This document shows, one piece after another, positions 63,467 through 64,000 of a DNA stretch of 64,000 bases. Origin of the DNA: Solirubrobacteraceae bacterium. GTDB lineage: Bacteria; Actinomycetota; Thermoleophilia; Solirubrobacterales; Solirubrobacteraceae. The position numbers were made by a program, and so were the translations under genes. The stretch is from NCBI GenBank assembly GCA_049800435.1, contig JBARJU010000095.1, forward strand, positions 216 through 64,215. The letters run 5' to 3'. Position 1 is the first letter of the stretch. The number at the start of each line of letters is the position of its first letter. The notes below the pieces were generated by a model. The model had not been told where the DNA came from, searched no databases, and saw only the letters and a list, made by a program, of their open reading frames with translations.

Positions 63467-64000
63467 GGAAGGGGCAGCGGAACGCAATCTTTCGCGCCGT
63501 TGAAGACGCCGGACTCTCTCCGGAAGAGTTCGATTGGGACCTTGGCGCTGACGAGAGCACCCTTCGGCACCGCCCGTCCGGGGCGTATTTCGTCTTCGGG
63601 GGCGTCGCTGGAGACTACGTCTCGTGCTACCTAGCCGGGGAGGGTCCGGTCGAGGAGCGGACGGGGTTGAGCCAGTATCGGCTGACGCAGCAGGTCCAGT
63701 TCTGGCTAGCGCACCTCAAGCTAGACATCGACACGCCTGATTTGTGGGCTCAACTCCAGGGCGAGGCAGAGTTGCTTGGCGCCGTGTTCGATGAGGCCAC
63801 CGAGAACACGCCACTCACCTCAGCCGAGCAAGAAGAGATTACGGGGCAGCTGAGAGAACTGAGGGATTACGTAAGCCGTACGTACTCGCTCTCGGAGGCG
63901 CAGACGCGACTCCTGGAAGAGAAGCTCGACTATCTAGCCGCCGCGACCAGCCGCGTTGGTCGGAAGGACTGGCTCCTCATGGCCGCCGGGCTGATGCTCA
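63457..64000 (+). CDS. Hypothetical protein, partial (runs off right window edge)
   Basis: Hand translation is open from ATG 63457 (GAGGAG 5 nt upstream) to the window end: MGLRKGQRNAIFRAVEDAGLSPEEFDWDLG...RKDWLLMAAGLML. Confidence 0.55.
   Translation, partial: MGLRKGQRNAIFRAVEDAGLSPEEFDWDLGADESTLRHRPSGAYFVFGGVAGDYVSCYLAGEGPVEERTGLSQYRLTQQVQFWLAHLKLDIDTPDLWAQLQGEAELLGAVFDEATENTPLTSAEQEEITGQLRELRDYVSRTYSLSEAQTRLLEEKLDYLAAATSRVGRKDWLLMAAGLML

Larger units (their letters stand above)
44247..64000. mobile_element. Integrated conjugative/mobilisable element at tRNA-Ser(GCU); right boundary not in window
   Basis: A serine recombinase sits directly at the tRNA. It is followed by an orphan MTase, Replic_Relax, a TraD/FtsK-like NTPase, small membrane proteins, an XRE regulator and AT-richer cargo. 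Confidence 0.75.

Noticed and set aside
44247-64000. Search for a direct repeat of the tRNA-Ser(GCU) 3' end (attR) to close the mobile element.
   Set aside because: No copy of GGGTTCGAATCCCGCCCTCTCC, or a substantial part of it, was found by eye. The boundary is either beyond the window or defined only by a short serine-recombinase core.
1-64000. Scan for CRISPR arrays, rRNA genes, reverse transcriptase/retron or DGR features, and IS elements with terminal inverted repeats.
   Set aside because: No regularly spaced repeats, rRNA-like conserved blocks, RT motifs (YxDD) or transposase genes were noticed on either strand.

Overview
Visibly GC-rich window. The gene content looks Actinomycetota-like, possibly Thermoleophilia/Solirubrobacterales-like, but that is inference only. 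It falls into three zones.

(1) 1-26.5 kb, chromosomal genes:
- a secreted LamG protein
- an arsR-DUF2892-mmpL operon joined by ATGA stop/start overlaps
- a secreted protein made of two large internal repeats
- an unusual cluster of alpha/beta-hydrolase, membrane-anchored Mur-family ligase and two ddl genes. It carries an in-frame repeat-flanked insertion, a recurring palindrome and a perfect 20-bp tandem duplication of a start codon.
- IclR, an orphan NarL-type regulator, a split cytochrome b operon, an SQR/NDH-2-like flavoprotein, pfk, a GAF-GAF histidine kinase and a crotonase

(2) 26.5-44.1 kb:
- tRNA-Ser(UGA), followed by a decaying accessory tract. It holds an AbiEi/AbiEii pair inactivated in part by an 8-bp tandem duplication, HAD/GNAT/hydrolase fragments, and many SAM-methyltransferases and GNATs.
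- small CoA/redox enzymes
- a MatAB-like fused deacetylase-GT2 exopolysaccharide locus with a clan GH-A hydrolase

(3) 44.1-64 kb:
- tRNA-Ser(GCU) marks the left junction of an integrated mobile element whose right end is not in the window.
- The element has a large serine recombinase whose ORF reads antisense through the tRNA, an orphan DNA methyltransferase, a Replic_Relax protein and a TraD/FtsK-like NTPase.
- Its cargo is AT-richer: an orphan two-gene cassette, an XRE gene followed by four tandem paralogous small winged-helix-like genes, a B3/4-domain protein, a ROK/desaturase/membrane-protein module, and a standalone RloC/PrrC-like AAA_13 ATPase.

I consider the element cargo the most likely place for an undescribed system, especially 51.9-53.3 kb, 54.4-56.1 kb and 60.5-64 kb. 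None of it can be assigned a function from sequence alone. No CRISPR array and no rRNA were seen.

All domain calls rest on motif recognition by eye, not on database searches.
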